A stretch of DNA of 64,000 nucleotides, taken from Candidatus Omnitrophota bacterium (GTDB taxonomy: Bacteria > Omnitrophota > Gorgyraeia > B26-G9 > JBDRCZ01). Positions 10,101-21,200 of the stretch are shown one piece after another (the stretch's first letter is position 1; every line of letters begins with the position of its first letter). The notes under the pieces are model-generated. The model saw only the letters and a list, made by a program, of their open reading frames with translations, searched no databases and was not told the DNA's origin. The stretch spans positions 18,988 to 82,987 of the forward strand of contig JBDRCZ010000027.1 of assembly GCA_043821285.1 (NCBI GenBank), in the 5' to 3' direction. Made by a program: the position numbers and the translations under genes.

Positions 10101-11834
10101 ATGGCAGAGAGACGAAATATAACGACTTTAAAGGAGATGCTCTATACAATCGGCCGCAGATATGCAGGTAAAATTGCCTTACAGGAAAAGAAGTCCACAG
10201 GTTACAATAAGATTTATTACCAGCAAATGTTACGTGCCGCGCGCACCCTTACCACCAGACTGATTGGGCTGGGGTTAAAAAAAACCGAACGCGTTGCCCT
10301 GATTTGTGAGAACAGGCCGGAATGGGCGATAGTTTTTTTTGCGGTGGTATCCAGCGGTGGAGTTGCCGTGCCGCTGGATACGAAGCAGACAGAAGCAGAA
10401 CTGGTAAATCGCATCAGACACTGTGAAGCAAAGATCATTTTTGTCGACGAAGAGCTTTTTTTAGTATTGGATAAACTGCGCAGTAGTCTGCCCTTTGTTG
10501 AAACGGTGATTACCTTAACCGCGAAACGTATGCGGGAGGAAATATTATGTTTGGAAGAGATGCTCCAGAAAACAACCGAGTATCTCGAACGTGACGTTTA
10601 TCCTGATGATGTTGCCTTGATGGTTTATACCTCGGGCACAACGAGTATTATAAAGGCCGCGGAGCTAACACATGCTAATTTGATGTTTGAGATTTGGACA
10701 ATTGATAAAGTGCTGAATTTTGTGGAAAATGACCGCTTCCTGTCGATTTTACCACTGCATCACTCTTTTGAAATAACCGGCGGGCTGCTGGCGCCGCTTT
10801 TGTGCGGGGCAAGTGTTACCTACAATCTGCAGGTTCTGAAATCCCAGGAACTAATCACGACAATGTGTCAAATACGGGCAACGATTATTCTAACCGTCCC
10901 GCTGTTGTTGCGTAAACTTTATGGCCGTATGGTAAAAAATATTAAAAATCTGCCTTGGCCAAAAAAAATGGGTTTTTATTTTTTGTATTGGGTGGCAAAG
11001 GGGTTTAGCCGATTGAACATCTATCCGGGGAGGCGTTTGTTTCGCAGTTTACATAAAACATTTGGCGGAGAACTAAGGGCATTTATCAGCGGAGCCGCGC
11101 CGCTCGATCCGGCAATCATTAAAACGTTTGAAATTTTAGGAGTTACCGTACTGCAGGGCTATGGACTGACAGAAACATCGCCGGTTATTGCGGTGAATAC
11201 GTTTATGAAAAATCGTATTGGCTCGGTGGGGGAGCCGCTGCCAGGGGTTAAAGTAAAAATATTGCCTTTACCCGGGCATGCCGGCGGCGAGATTCTTACC
11301 CGCGGCCCGCACATTATGAAAGGATATTTTAGAAATAAAGAATTAACCAGTGAGGTAATCAGAGACGGCTGGTTTTATACCGGTGACATTGGCCGGCTTG
11401 ACCGGCACGGACATCTTTATATTTTAGGGCGGGTAAAAAATTTGATTGTAACCGGTGTTGGCAAAAAGGTGTATCCGGAAGAAGTAGAAGAAGAAATTTT
11501 AAAAAGTCCCTATATTAAGGAACTCTGCGTGATGGGGAGGGTTCGCAGAGACGAACATAAAAAAGGCAGCGAAGACGTCTATGCGGTTATTGTGCCGGAT
11601 CTTGACTATTTTAAGGAACATAATGCCAACACTGATTGCGGTAATATACGCGAGGTGATTTCCCGGGAGATAAAAAAATACCGCAGCAATTTATCAAAAT
11701 ACAAGTGGATTAAAGATTTTGATATTGTATTAGAGGAACTGCCAAAAACGAATACCCGTAAGATCGTGCGGTCTAAAGTGGCGGAGATGATTGGGAAGCA
11801 AATTAGACCACAGACTGCAGACCATAGACCATAG
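10101..11834 (+). CDS. long-chain fatty acid--CoA ligase (AMP-binding)
   Basis: YTSGTT, GYGLTETSP, GWFYTGDIG, GRVKNLIV..GKKVYPEEVE. Confidence 0.9.
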   Translation: MAERRNITTLKEMLYTIGRRYAGKIALQEKKSTGYNKIYYQQMLRAARTLTTRLIGLGLKKTERVALICENRPEWAIVFFAVVSSGGVAVPLDTKQTEAELVNRIRHCEAKIIFVDEELFLVLDKLRSSLPFVETVITLTAKRMREEILCLEEMLQKTTEYLERDVYPDDVALMVYTSGTTSIIKAAELTHANLMFEIWTIDKVLNFVENDRFLSILPLHHSFEITGGLLAPLLCGASVTYNLQVLKSQELITTMCQIRATIILTVPLLLRKLYGRMVKNIKNLPWPKKMGFYFLYWVAKGFSRLNIYPGRRLFRSLHKTFGGELRAFISGAAPLDPAIIKTFEILGVTVLQGYGLTETSPVIAVNTFMKNRIGSVGEPLPGVKVKILPLPGHAGGEILTRGPHIMKGYFRNKELTSEVIRDGWFYTGDIGRLDRHGHLYILGRVKNLIVTGVGKKVYPEEVEEEILKSPYIKELCVMGRVRRDEHKKGSEDVYAVIVPDLDYFKEHNANTDCGNIREVISREIKKYRSNLSKYKWIKDFDIVLEELPKTNTRKIVRSKVAEMIGKQIRPQTADHRP

Positions 11835-12096
11835 ACCAAAACCACAGACGATGCAAATACTTGACCTGATAAAAAAGATAAAGATAAAGCCACGGATTTG
11901 CACGGATTGAACACGGATAAAGAAAGACTAAGCGCAGGGAAAAATTATCATAGAATTGTTTCTGCTGGAGTCAAGAATATGCTATAATATTATTACGAAT
12001 AAAATAATATTCCTTTTAGTTCGACAGGGGTATCGTTATAGAGAGAATAAAAATCTATGGTATAATATTTGTAATAGATTTAGGAGGCAAAAAACT

Positions 12097-12324
12097 ATGA
12101 CTGTTCAAGCACAACAAGTACTAAAAAAAGCTTTGTTGTTACCACCTATAGAACGGGCAGAACTAATTGAGAGAATTTTTAACAGTTTTGATTATCGCGG
12201 CAAAGACAACTTTGATGCTTTATGGGGCAAGGAAGCAGAAGCAAGAATTGACGCTTTCGAAAAGGGGAAATTAAAAGCTATTTCTGCAAAAAAAGTATTC
12301 CAAAAAATTGAAAAGATTAAATAA
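12097..12324 (+). CDS. addiction module antidote protein (TIGR02574-type), orphan
   Basis: ALLLPPIERAELIERI...W..EAEARI...G signature; AGGAGG RBS before ATG 12097. Confidence 0.8.
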   Translation: MTVQAQQVLKKALLLPPIERAELIERIFNSFDYRGKDNFDALWGKEAEARIDAFEKGKLKAISAKKVFQKIEKIK

Positions 12325-12342
12325 TGTTTCGGATACAATGCT

Positions 12343-12375
12343 ATGCGAAAAGAGTATGATTTTTCAAAAGTTTAA
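12343..12375 (+). pseudogene. N-terminal fragment of a BrnA/CopG-like antitoxin (MRKEYDFSKV*)
   Basis: MRKEYDFSK is a characteristic start of BrnA-like antitoxins; stop after 10 codons. Confidence 0.45.
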
Positions 12376-12501
12376 TGGATAAAAAAATTCTGGTGATGCG
12401 AAACATCATACAACCGGCAAAGTAGTCTCTGGTCTTGTGTACCAAGACAGGTGGGTGTAAGGAATTTTTTTATTGCGAAGCAAAAATAAGGGGGTGGGAT
12501 T

Positions 12502-12756
12502 ATGGCAGAGGAAAAATTAGGTGTGGTGGAACATTATTTTGGGCACATCTTTGTGGCAGCGATTAAGTTAGAAAAAGATCTTAAAGTTGGCGATACAATC
12601 CACATCAAAGGACATACCACCGATTTTACCCAGCCTATCGAATCGATACAAATTGAGCACAACATTGTAGACAAGGCTGGTAAAGGAGATGATGTTGGCA
12701 TTAAAGTGAAAGAACATGTACGGGTACATGACCTGGTGTACAAAGTAACGGACTAA
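12502..12756 (+). CDS. small EF-Tu domain II-like beta-barrel ('translation elongation factor-like') protein
   Basis: GVVEHYF, LKVGDTIHIKGHTTDF, SIQIEH, GDDVGIKV. Confidence 0.8.
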   Translation: MAEEKLGVVEHYFGHIFVAAIKLEKDLKVGDTIHIKGHTTDFTQPIESIQIEHNIVDKAGKGDDVGIKVKEHVRVHDLVYKVTD

Positions 12757-12827
12757 GTTACAGTATCTCGTTGCTAGTATCCCGTATCTAGTAAAAAACA
12801 CGAGATACCAGATACGAGATACGAAAA

Positions 12828-13223
12828 ATGAAAGAACACATAACCAAACTACGCGTGCGTTATGCGGAGACGGACCAGATGGGCATTGTTTATTATGCTA
12901 ATTATTTTATCTGGTTCGAAGTGGCGCGGGTGGAATTTTTGCGCCGCGCCGGTATTGCCTATAAACAATTAGAACACGATGGGATGTATTTAATTGTTAC
13001 GAAGGCTGCCTGCCACTATCGCGCGCCGGCGCTTTATGATGATACGATTATTGTAAAAACAACAGTTGCTGATTATAAAAATACAAGTTTTAATTTTGTA
13101 TACAAAGTGCAAAATTCCTCGGGAAAAATTTTAGCCGAAGGAGAAACTGCACATGTTTTTGTAAATAAGCGAAGAAAACCGGTAAAAATACCGGATAATA
13201 TAAAAAATATAATTTTCAGTTAG
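12828..13223 (+). CDS. YbgC/FadM-family acyl-CoA thioesterase
   Basis: RVRYAETDQMGIVYYANYFIWFEVAR. Confidence 0.92.
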   Translation: MKEHITKLRVRYAETDQMGIVYYANYFIWFEVARVEFLRRAGIAYKQLEHDGMYLIVTKAACHYRAPALYDDTIIVKTTVADYKNTSFNFVYKVQNSSGKILAEGETAHVFVNKRRKPVKIPDNIKNIIFS

Positions 13224-13271
13224 TAAAATAAATATTTTTTGTCTGAAGACAAAAAATATTTTTATTTACTC

Positions 13272-13300
13272 TTGACAAAAAAAAATTGCTATGATAATAT
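13272..13300 (+). promoter_or_regulatory. putative sigma70 promoter upstream of ATP-grasp/kamA
   Basis: TTGACA, 17 bp, TAATAT, with overlapping TATGATAAT. Confidence 0.5.
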
Positions 13301-13489
13301 TAATTTAAAGTATAGAAATTTTTTCTTTTGGATACCTTTTCTTTTTTAAAAGAAAAGATAGGTGCTAAATTAATGACGCAGGTAGTAATTTAAAAGGAGG
13401 TTTTTAAAACGGCCAATATTTTCTAACTTATGAGGACTTGAAAATAGTCTTTTTTTGTATGAATTTGCCGTTGATTGAGGAGATAAAAA

Positions 13490-14485
13490 TTGAGCAAAAC
13501 CGTCGGGGTAGCCTACGATTTAAAAAGCGACTATGTTTTAAAAGATAGCGATCCTGGTGATTATAATGCGGAGCTTGATTATGAAGAAACAATCGATGAC
13601 ATTTGCGCTGCATTATCGAGCGGCGGACATTGTCCGGTAAAACTCGGCAGCAGTAGAAAAATAATCAAAAATATATCCTGCCTAAAAAAGATAGATATTG
13701 TGTTTAATATTTGCGAAGGGATTGGCGGCCGCAACCGTGAATCAGAGATGCCGGTTATCCTCGAGATGTTAAACATCCCATATGTTGGGGCAGACGGACT
13801 TACCCTGGGGCTAACCTTAGATAAAACACTTACCAAAAAGATATTACAATGCGAATCCATCCTTACACCGCGCTTTATCGAAGTACGCAATCCAGAGACG
13901 ATTAAGAAAAACGGATTGCGTTACCCGTTAATTGTAAAACCGTGCCATGAAGGCTCAAGTAAAGGGATAAGCGAAAAGTCAATTGTAAATAATTTTAAAG
14001 AATTAAGACAGCAGACGGACTGGCTGATTAAACGCTACCGGCAGCCGGCGCTGGTTGAGGAATTTATCGAAGGGATGGAGTTTACCGTCCCGGTTATTGG
14101 CAATAATCCGCCGCAGGCGCTTCCCGTTGTCCAGATTGAAATAGAAAATAAATTAAACCTTGGCAGATTATTTTATACCAACGCCCATATACATTCTAAT
14201 TGTTTAAAATACCGATGTCCGGCAAAAATTTCACCGCAATTAAAACAAAAACTTCAAACAATTGCCGTACGTACTTATCAGGCGGTTGAGTGCCGGGATT
14301 TTGGCCGGGTAGATTTTCGGGTAGATAATAATGGACGGCCGTATGTCTTGGAAATTAATCCCCTGCCGGCGCTTTCAATATTAGACGTGTTTAATATTGC
14401 GCCGCAGCAAATAGGCATGACCTATAAAGAGATTATTAACCGGATATTAAATGCCGCATTAAAGCGGACAGGTTTATGTGATTAA
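13490..14485 (+). CDS. D-Ala-D-Ala ligase-like ATP-grasp protein
   Basis: DIVFNICEG..GRNRES, IVKPCHEGSSKGI, EEFIEG, GRVDFR, LEINPLP; GAGGAG RBS with TTG start. Confidence 0.88.
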   Translation: MSKTVGVAYDLKSDYVLKDSDPGDYNAELDYEETIDDICAALSSGGHCPVKLGSSRKIIKNISCLKKIDIVFNICEGIGGRNRESEMPVILEMLNIPYVGADGLTLGLTLDKTLTKKILQCESILTPRFIEVRNPETIKKNGLRYPLIVKPCHEGSSKGISEKSIVNNFKELRQQTDWLIKRYRQPALVEEFIEGMEFTVPVIGNNPPQALPVVQIEIENKLNLGRLFYTNAHIHSNCLKYRCPAKISPQLKQKLQTIAVRTYQAVECRDFGRVDFRVDNNGRPYVLEINPLPALSILDVFNIAPQQIGMTYKEIINRILNAALKRTGLCD

Positions 14486-14533
14486 AAACATGCTCCGGAC
14501 CGGCATATGTTTTTAATTAGAAAGGGGGTAGAT

Positions 14534-15745
14534 TTGGCGCAGGATGGCACATGGAAACGTTTAAGCATGTGGGAAGGGATTAGTGAGGAGGAATGGAATG
14601 ACTGGCGCTGGCAATTAAAAAATAGGATTACCACTGCCGAGCAGCTTAAGAAAATAATTACGCTTACCCCGGAAGAAGAAGAGGGGATTAAGCACTCAGG
14701 CGGACGGCTTTCAATGGCAATTACGCCGTATTTTGCGCAATTAATTGACCCGGACAAACCTTATTGCCCTTTGCGGCGCCAAGCAGTTCCGGCTAAAGAG
14801 GAATTTATCATCGGGCCCAATGACCGGGATGATCCTTTAGCCGAGGAACAGGATTCTCCGGTCAAGAACCTTGTGCATCGCTATCCGGATAGGGTGTTGG
14901 TGTTAGCAACGGATCAATGCGCGATGTATTGCCGGCATTGTACGCGGCGCCGGATGGTTGGGGTGGAAGAACAGGAAATAACCCCGCTTGACTTAACTAA
15001 AATCTGTGATTATTTAAAATCAAACCGGAAAATCAGAGACGTTTTACTCTCAGGAGGCGACCCTTTACTTTTGCCCGATGAGCGGCTTGAAGAAGTCCTT
15101 AAATCGATAAAATCCGTTTCCAACATAGACTTTTTACGCATTGGTACAAGAGTACCAGTAACCCTGCCGCAGCGGATTACCGAGGACCTGATTAATATAT
15201 TGAAAAAATATTCGCCGATATGGCTGTCTATTCACTTTAATCATCCGAAAGAAATCACTAAATCCTGCAAGCGTGCCTGTGACCTGCTTTCTGACGCAGG
15301 GATTCCTCTGGGCAGCCAGACGGTGCTCTTACACGGCATAAATGATCGGCTCTATATCATGAAGAAGCTGATGCAGGAACTTTTAAAAATCCGGGTACGG
15401 CCATATTATATTTATCAGTGCGATATGGCCAAAGGTATCGGACATTTTAGAACGTCTGTTGCCTGCGGTTACAGTATAATCGAGAAAATGCGCGGGCATA
15501 CTTCTGGTTATGCGGTCCCGACATATGTGATTGATGCCCCCGGCGGCGGAGGGAAAATTCCGCTGATGCCGGATTATCTGACATATCAGGCAAAGGGGAC
15601 ATTCTACCTGCGTAATTATGAAGGCAAGGTTTATGCCTATACCGAGGAGCCGGATAGAGTAAGTCCGCAGCTCAAAAAAGATATAGAAGAAATAATCCCA
15701 GAAGAAATAAAGGTAGCTACGGCAGATGCGGAGAAAATAAAATAG
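14534..15745 (+). CDS. kamA: KamA-family radical SAM aminomutase (lysine 2,3-aminomutase-like)
   Basis: HRYPDRVL, CAMYCRHCTRRR, LSGGDPLL, IDAPGGGGKIP; likely TTG start after AAGGGGG. Confidence 0.9.
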   Translation: MAQDGTWKRLSMWEGISEEEWNDWRWQLKNRITTAEQLKKIITLTPEEEEGIKHSGGRLSMAITPYFAQLIDPDKPYCPLRRQAVPAKEEFIIGPNDRDDPLAEEQDSPVKNLVHRYPDRVLVLATDQCAMYCRHCTRRRMVGVEEQEITPLDLTKICDYLKSNRKIRDVLLSGGDPLLLPDERLEEVLKSIKSVSNIDFLRIGTRVPVTLPQRITEDLINILKKYSPIWLSIHFNHPKEITKSCKRACDLLSDAGIPLGSQTVLLHGINDRLYIMKKLMQELLKIRVRPYYIYQCDMAKGIGHFRTSVACGYSIIEKMRGHTSGYAVPTYVIDAPGGGGKIPLMPDYLTYQAKGTFYLRNYEGKVYAYTEEPDRVSPQLKKDIEEIIPEEIKVATADAEKIK

Positions 15746-15818
15746 AAAATAGAGAGAGATTTATTCTTAGGAACAAAGAAGGCCGGCAAGATTTGTGCTG
15801 CTGCCTGCATTTTACGCC

Positions 15819-16871
15819 ATGAATATTGGCATTATTGGGCTTCCTCAGTCGGGGAAGTCCATTTTATTTGAACTGCTTACCGGGGTCACGGGGGCGGGGC
15901 AAAAAACCGAGACCAACATAGGAGTAGTTCATGTCCCTGACGGCCGGCTTAATAAACTCTGTGAGCTTTTCCCCGGCAAAAAAAATATCCCTGCCGAGAT
16001 AAAAATCATAGATATTGGCGGAGTAAAACAAAAGACTAAAGACGTCTTAGATGCTGCGGCCTTAAAGGATACGGATGCATTTTTAGAGGTACTGCGCAAA
16101 TTTGGCGATCCTACCGTGGCTCATCCTCTGGGTAAAATTTCCCCGGCAGCCGACGCTAAGAATTTAGAAATGAGCATGATTATAACCGATTTAGAGCTGG
16201 CCACTTCCTGTGTTGAGCGAATAAACAAGGAAGTTTCAAAAGGCAGAAAAGAACGCGAGAGAGAGCTTGAGGTTTTAATCCTCTGCCGCAGTTTTTTGGA
16301 GAAAGAAAAACCGCTGCGGGAAATCGTGCTGGACACAGATCAGGAGAAACTAATCCGCGGGTATAAATTTTTAAGCATCAAGCCGAAGATGCTGCTGGTC
16401 AATGTTGGTGAGGACGAAATTACCTCACCGCTACCAGCGGAACTGATTAACTATGCCAGGCAGCGGCAGCTGCTAATAACCAAGAGTTGTGTAAAGATAG
16501 AATTTGAAATCAGCAAACTTACCGCAGCCGAGCAGAAGGATTTTTTCGAGGATGCAAAAATCTCAGAGCCGGCAAGAGAAGCAGTGATTAAAAATTGCTT
16601 TAAGACTTTAAAGCAAATAAATTTTTTCACTATTGGGAAAAACGAAATTAAGGCTTGGACCGTACAAGAAGGGATGACTGCTCTAGAGGCGGCGGGAAAG
16701 ATTCATACGGACATCCAGCGCGGCTTTATTAAAGCCGAGGTAATAAATTTTAAAGAATTTATTGAATTTAATTCCCGGCATACGGCCAGAGCCGCAGGCA
16801 ACTTACGCCTTGAAGGACGTAAATATAAAATCATCGACGGGGATATTGTTGAATTTAAGTTTAACATATAA
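15819..16871 (+). CDS. ychF: YchF/OLA1-like P-loop NTPase (DUF933/TGS C-terminus)
   Basis: IGIIGLPQSGKS, VPDGRL, FFTIG..EIKAWT, AAGKIHTDIQRGFIKAEV, DGDIVEFKFN. Confidence 0.8.
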   Translation: MNIGIIGLPQSGKSILFELLTGVTGAGQKTETNIGVVHVPDGRLNKLCELFPGKKNIPAEIKIIDIGGVKQKTKDVLDAAALKDTDAFLEVLRKFGDPTVAHPLGKISPAADAKNLEMSMIITDLELATSCVERINKEVSKGRKERERELEVLILCRSFLEKEKPLREIVLDTDQEKLIRGYKFLSIKPKMLLVNVGEDEITSPLPAELINYARQRQLLITKSCVKIEFEISKLTAAEQKDFFEDAKISEPAREAVIKNCFKTLKQINFFTIGKNEIKAWTVQEGMTALEAAGKIHTDIQRGFIKAEVINFKEFIEFNSRHTARAAGNLRLEGRKYKIIDGDIVEFKFNI

Positions 16872-16919
16872 AAAATAATATGAAGACAGCCCGCAGCAGG
16901 ATAGCGGGGGAGATTCATC

Positions 16920-17462
16920 ATGAAAAGACTTATTATATTATTACTAATTATTAATATATGTGGCTGCAGCCGGGTTGATCAGCAAAAAGAAATCGCGGGG
17001 GTTTTGGCGGAGGATCCGGGATTTAGTGCGGTGCTGGAGAGGAAGAAATATCTAGACCGTGAGCTGAAAAAAATCAAAGAAGAATGTGTGCAAAAACATA
17101 AGCTTATAAACACCCAGATCAGCGCGCTGCAGAAAAAAAAGTCCACCTGTGACAGGTATCTATCCATGCGCATAAAACAGCTAAACGCTGAAATTACCCA
17201 TGAGCGTAGTAAAATACGCGTTGAGCTAAAAAACATTGCAAAAAATCTTGCGGAGAAAAGACAAAAATCTAACAGCATAAACAACATAATTTTTAACACC
17301 CAGCAAGTGCTAAAAGGCACAGAAAAAGTTAGTGAAAAAAGGAGATTAGAGAGAGAAATTGTCCATAACCGAAAAATTCTTGAGAAATTGAAGACAGAAA
17401 CAAACGAATTAAAAAACGCCGCGAAACTTTTCAAAACCAAACTGCGGCTGCTTAAGAGATGA
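16920..17462 (+). CDS. hypothetical coiled-coil lipoprotein
   Basis: hydrophobic leader with ICGC lipobox-like motif, then a basic coiled coil. Confidence 0.65.
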   Translation: MKRLIILLLIINICGCSRVDQQKEIAGVLAEDPGFSAVLERKKYLDRELKKIKEECVQKHKLINTQISALQKKKSTCDRYLSMRIKQLNAEITHERSKIRVELKNIAKNLAEKRQKSNSINNIIFNTQQVLKGTEKVSEKRRLEREIVHNRKILEKLKTETNELKNAAKLFKTKLRLLKR

Positions 17463-18259
17463 AGTTAGTGTATTACGGTTCAATAAACCAATCATTAAGA
17501 ATGGACAAAAGTATATCCAGCCGCAAGATGCGGGGTAAATTTTCTTTCCTTCACGAAGGACAGGTGAAATATTTTCTCCACGCGCCACGGACACGACAAA
17601 CATGGACAAGGTAAGAGGGATGGAATAAAATAAAGATATGATCAGACCATATTATTGTTATCATATCTCCAGCCGTGGAGACCGCAGATGCAACAATTGG
17701 GATAACAGTGAAAAATAAGTTTTATATTGATTTATGGAAAAAATTAGCTAAAGGTGCAAATAAAACATTAATCGTAACTGTACATAGATAACTTTCTTCT
17801 TTACCCCCGTTAGAAGAGGATAAATGAAATTCTCTCCCGACAAGGGTTATAGTCTCTAAAGCATTATTTTTTAACCACAGATAGCACGGAAACTTGGATA
17901 AATCTTTTTTGATATCTGTATAATTTGAGTTAGCTGTGGTCTTACTGCTTGTTATTATTAGGATTACAACAGCGTAAATATTTTTCTGCGACGATATATT
18001 TTAAGAAATATTTTAGTAAATTATATTGCAATAATTTAAACGATGAAATGAGCCAAACATCCGCTTTTTTATTTTTTCTGCAACTGGATTTTTGTATAGC
18101 ATTCGCCAGTCAAATTTACCAAGAAGCGAATTTAAAGTTTAATATATAAAAAATTTCTGCTGCTGTATCCCAGTATCACCTTGGCTTAATACCCAATAAT
18201 TTTGCTGCAGAGATAGTCAAGGTAAAGGAATTTTTTTATTCTGTAAACTAAAAAGCTGC

Positions 18260-21200
18260 CTAGAAGGCAGCTTTTTTCATTTTTTGCCAGAGTTCCTCAC
18301 ATTGCCCTAAGGTTATATAAGCCTCGGTGCCATAGATAGAATTTAGCTCTAACGCGCTATTCAGCCACTTGCGCGCTTCTTCAAGTGATATGCGGGCGTT
18401 ATTGTAATCGGCAAGTTCCTTATGTGCCAGGGCCTTTTTGTAGTAACAAAGACTAGTATTTAAATATAACTGGTACCGGTCACTTGTATCTAAACGTATT
18501 TTTTTGTAATCGTCGATCGCCGTGTCAAGATTGTGAACTGCATTTTCTATCTGTCCCAGTTCAATATCTACGATCCCGCGTTCATAGTAGAGACCCGCAA
18601 GTAAATTGTATCCATGAACTGAAGTTTTTAGGGCAAGGGATTTATCTGCATTTTGTTTTGCTAAATCAAAATATTGTTTGGCCTGATGATAGTTATTATC
18701 GGCACAAAGCAATTTGGCATAATTTAGATAGGTCTTTCCCAGCTCATTGTAGATGTAATAAAAATTAGGATTTTGATTAAGCGCCTTTTGTAGATAAACA
18801 ATTGCCTGATTAATGCTCGTTTTAGCTTGAGCTAAATCGCCTTTTTTGCTGTATAAATTCGCCTTATGCGATGATAAAATCCCTAAGAACAGATAGGCCG
18901 GATATTGTCTCGGAAGAAGTTCTCGTGCTGCTTTTGTTATCTCTATTGCCTCGGCATTTGTTTCTATTTTACCTAACCCTTTTTGAAGATGTTTGTTCAG
19001 GGCTTCGATAATTTTATGGTAGTATAGCTTCTCTTTTTTGTTTCGCAATAACTGAACATAGGTCTTGTAATAATCAACTGATAGCGGATTTATATCCAGT
19101 GCAGTTTCCAGATATTTACGGGCTGATTTTTTGTCATCAGCATGCAGGTGGAGCACGGCTAACTGCGCCGAGATTTCAGAAGAAAAAGGATAAAGCTTCT
19201 CGGCCTCATGCAAGGTAGCAATTGCCTTTTCTAAGTTGCCCGAATGTAAACAGGTAAACGCAAGATAGAAATACAGGTCTATGGTCGGATTTTGTTTTAA
19301 TCTTTCCGTATAGAGTTTGATTAACGCCTCAGAATTATCCGTTTCATAAAACTTTTGTGAAAGCAGATGATTTATTCTAAAAAACCGCGCGTAGATGTTG
19401 TGATTATAAAAAGAGCCAATGTCGTATTGCGTATCAGTTAGAATAAGCAGTCCACCGGTATTTAACACCTTAAACACCTTATCGATATTTTTGTCTACTT
19501 CTTCACGGTCAATATACATCAACACATTCTGAACACTGACTAAATCATACGGCGGCGCAAATTGTTTGGGTAAATTATTCGGCAGATCATCAAGAATATT
19601 CTGCACCTTAAAATCAATGTGTTGTTTAAAAAATACCAAATCTTTTATCCGGTACCCGCGGTCGCTTTTAACGAAATATTTTAAAAGCCGTTGTTGTATC
19701 TGTTCAGGCAGACGGAGAAAATAATCTTCCTGAAAGTCCATCTCGCGGGCAATATCAATTACCTGAGGGTTGTAGTCCGTGGCAAGAATATAGAAGTCTC
19801 GAATCCCATGTTCCAGCAGCTCAATCGCAAAAGTTATCGCTTCCTGTCCGGTAGAACAGGCAAACACCTTAATTTTCAGGGGACGGTCTTCTTGTTTTGC
19901 CTGAGAGGTAAGTTGCGGTAAATATTTTATAAATTCTTTCAGGTCAGCCCAGTTACGGTAAAAATAGGTGCTGCTTAGGGTATAGAATTTTACCGTGAGC
20001 GTAAGAAGTAATTTATCATCTATTTTACCCAGCCGCACAATCCCATTGGACAAGAGATAATTATTTAAATTATCGCTCAATTGTTTTTTATCTATGCTGC
20101 TTAGTTCAGTAAAAAAGACACTCTTATAACGCTGCCTTATTCTCTGTTTTAACACGTCGTAGGTATACGGAGACAGGGTATTATTTTCCAGAGCCGCGAG
20201 GTATGTTTTTAGCGCCGTCTCTACCGCCTTGACCGGCCAGACCGCAGAATCGACATGCCCTAATGCATAGAGTAATGTTTTTAATTTCTCCGGTGATTGA
20301 ATCAAAAAATATAAGTCATATAGTTTCCCGTCGTTTATTTTATATCGCAAAAAAGGTTTGTTAAAGAATTTGAGTAAATGTTCATTCAATAGCTCAAAAT
20401 CAGAGACAAATTCTTCATCGCCTAATACCGCCGAGGCGGTATAACTGTCAATCGGACGCGTTAGGTCAAAGAGAAGATTGTAAGGGTTGGTAACTGCAGT
20501 GTCCGGGGATTTTTTAAGCTGTCTTTTTGCCAAATTACTGCCTAAACCGGCAAGGATATTAATGGCATTTTCACAAGCAACGAGTTCTTTGAGCAAGGCG
20601 GGATCAGAACATAATTTTTCCACAAATTCTATTGGGTCATTATCCGTGTAGGCGGTAATTGAGGGGGGGAAAATAGGATTTTTGTTGTGTAAATTATCGT
20701 TAAGCTGTGTAATTATTTCATTCTCAATTTCTGACTTAACGTCGGAAAGGAATAATCTAGTGCCGTGACCCTTTTCATTATAGACCTTTAGCCTTTTTTT
20801 GCCAGGATATGCGGTGAAAAATTTTTTACCAGATGTATAATTAAAATCCGTTTCTTCTAAAAATACTAAAATCGGGATGTCTTTTTTAGATAGCTTTGGC
20901 AAATCACGGCTTAGGTCTACCCCTAAATAGTTCATTGCCGGAGATAAGAGCGCAATCGAACGAATATGCTCGGAGACGGTGGCAAGTTTTATTGCGACCG
21001 AACACCCTAAACTACCGCCAATAAGGCCGATACGCTGGACATCTACATTATCCTGCTGGAGTAAAAAATTTTCTGCTGCCAGGGCATCATTAACCATTTC
21101 ACTGTACACCGCGTACTTAAACTTTTTCCAGTGAATATTTTTTTCTTTGCCATTTTTTTCTCTTTTTATGATGCTTTCCCCATGCCCGCGCAGATCAATA

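Noticed and set aside
17620-18150. Short ORFs between the lipoprotein and the hydrolase-CheR gene
   Set aside because: No convincing start, RBS or recognisable motif
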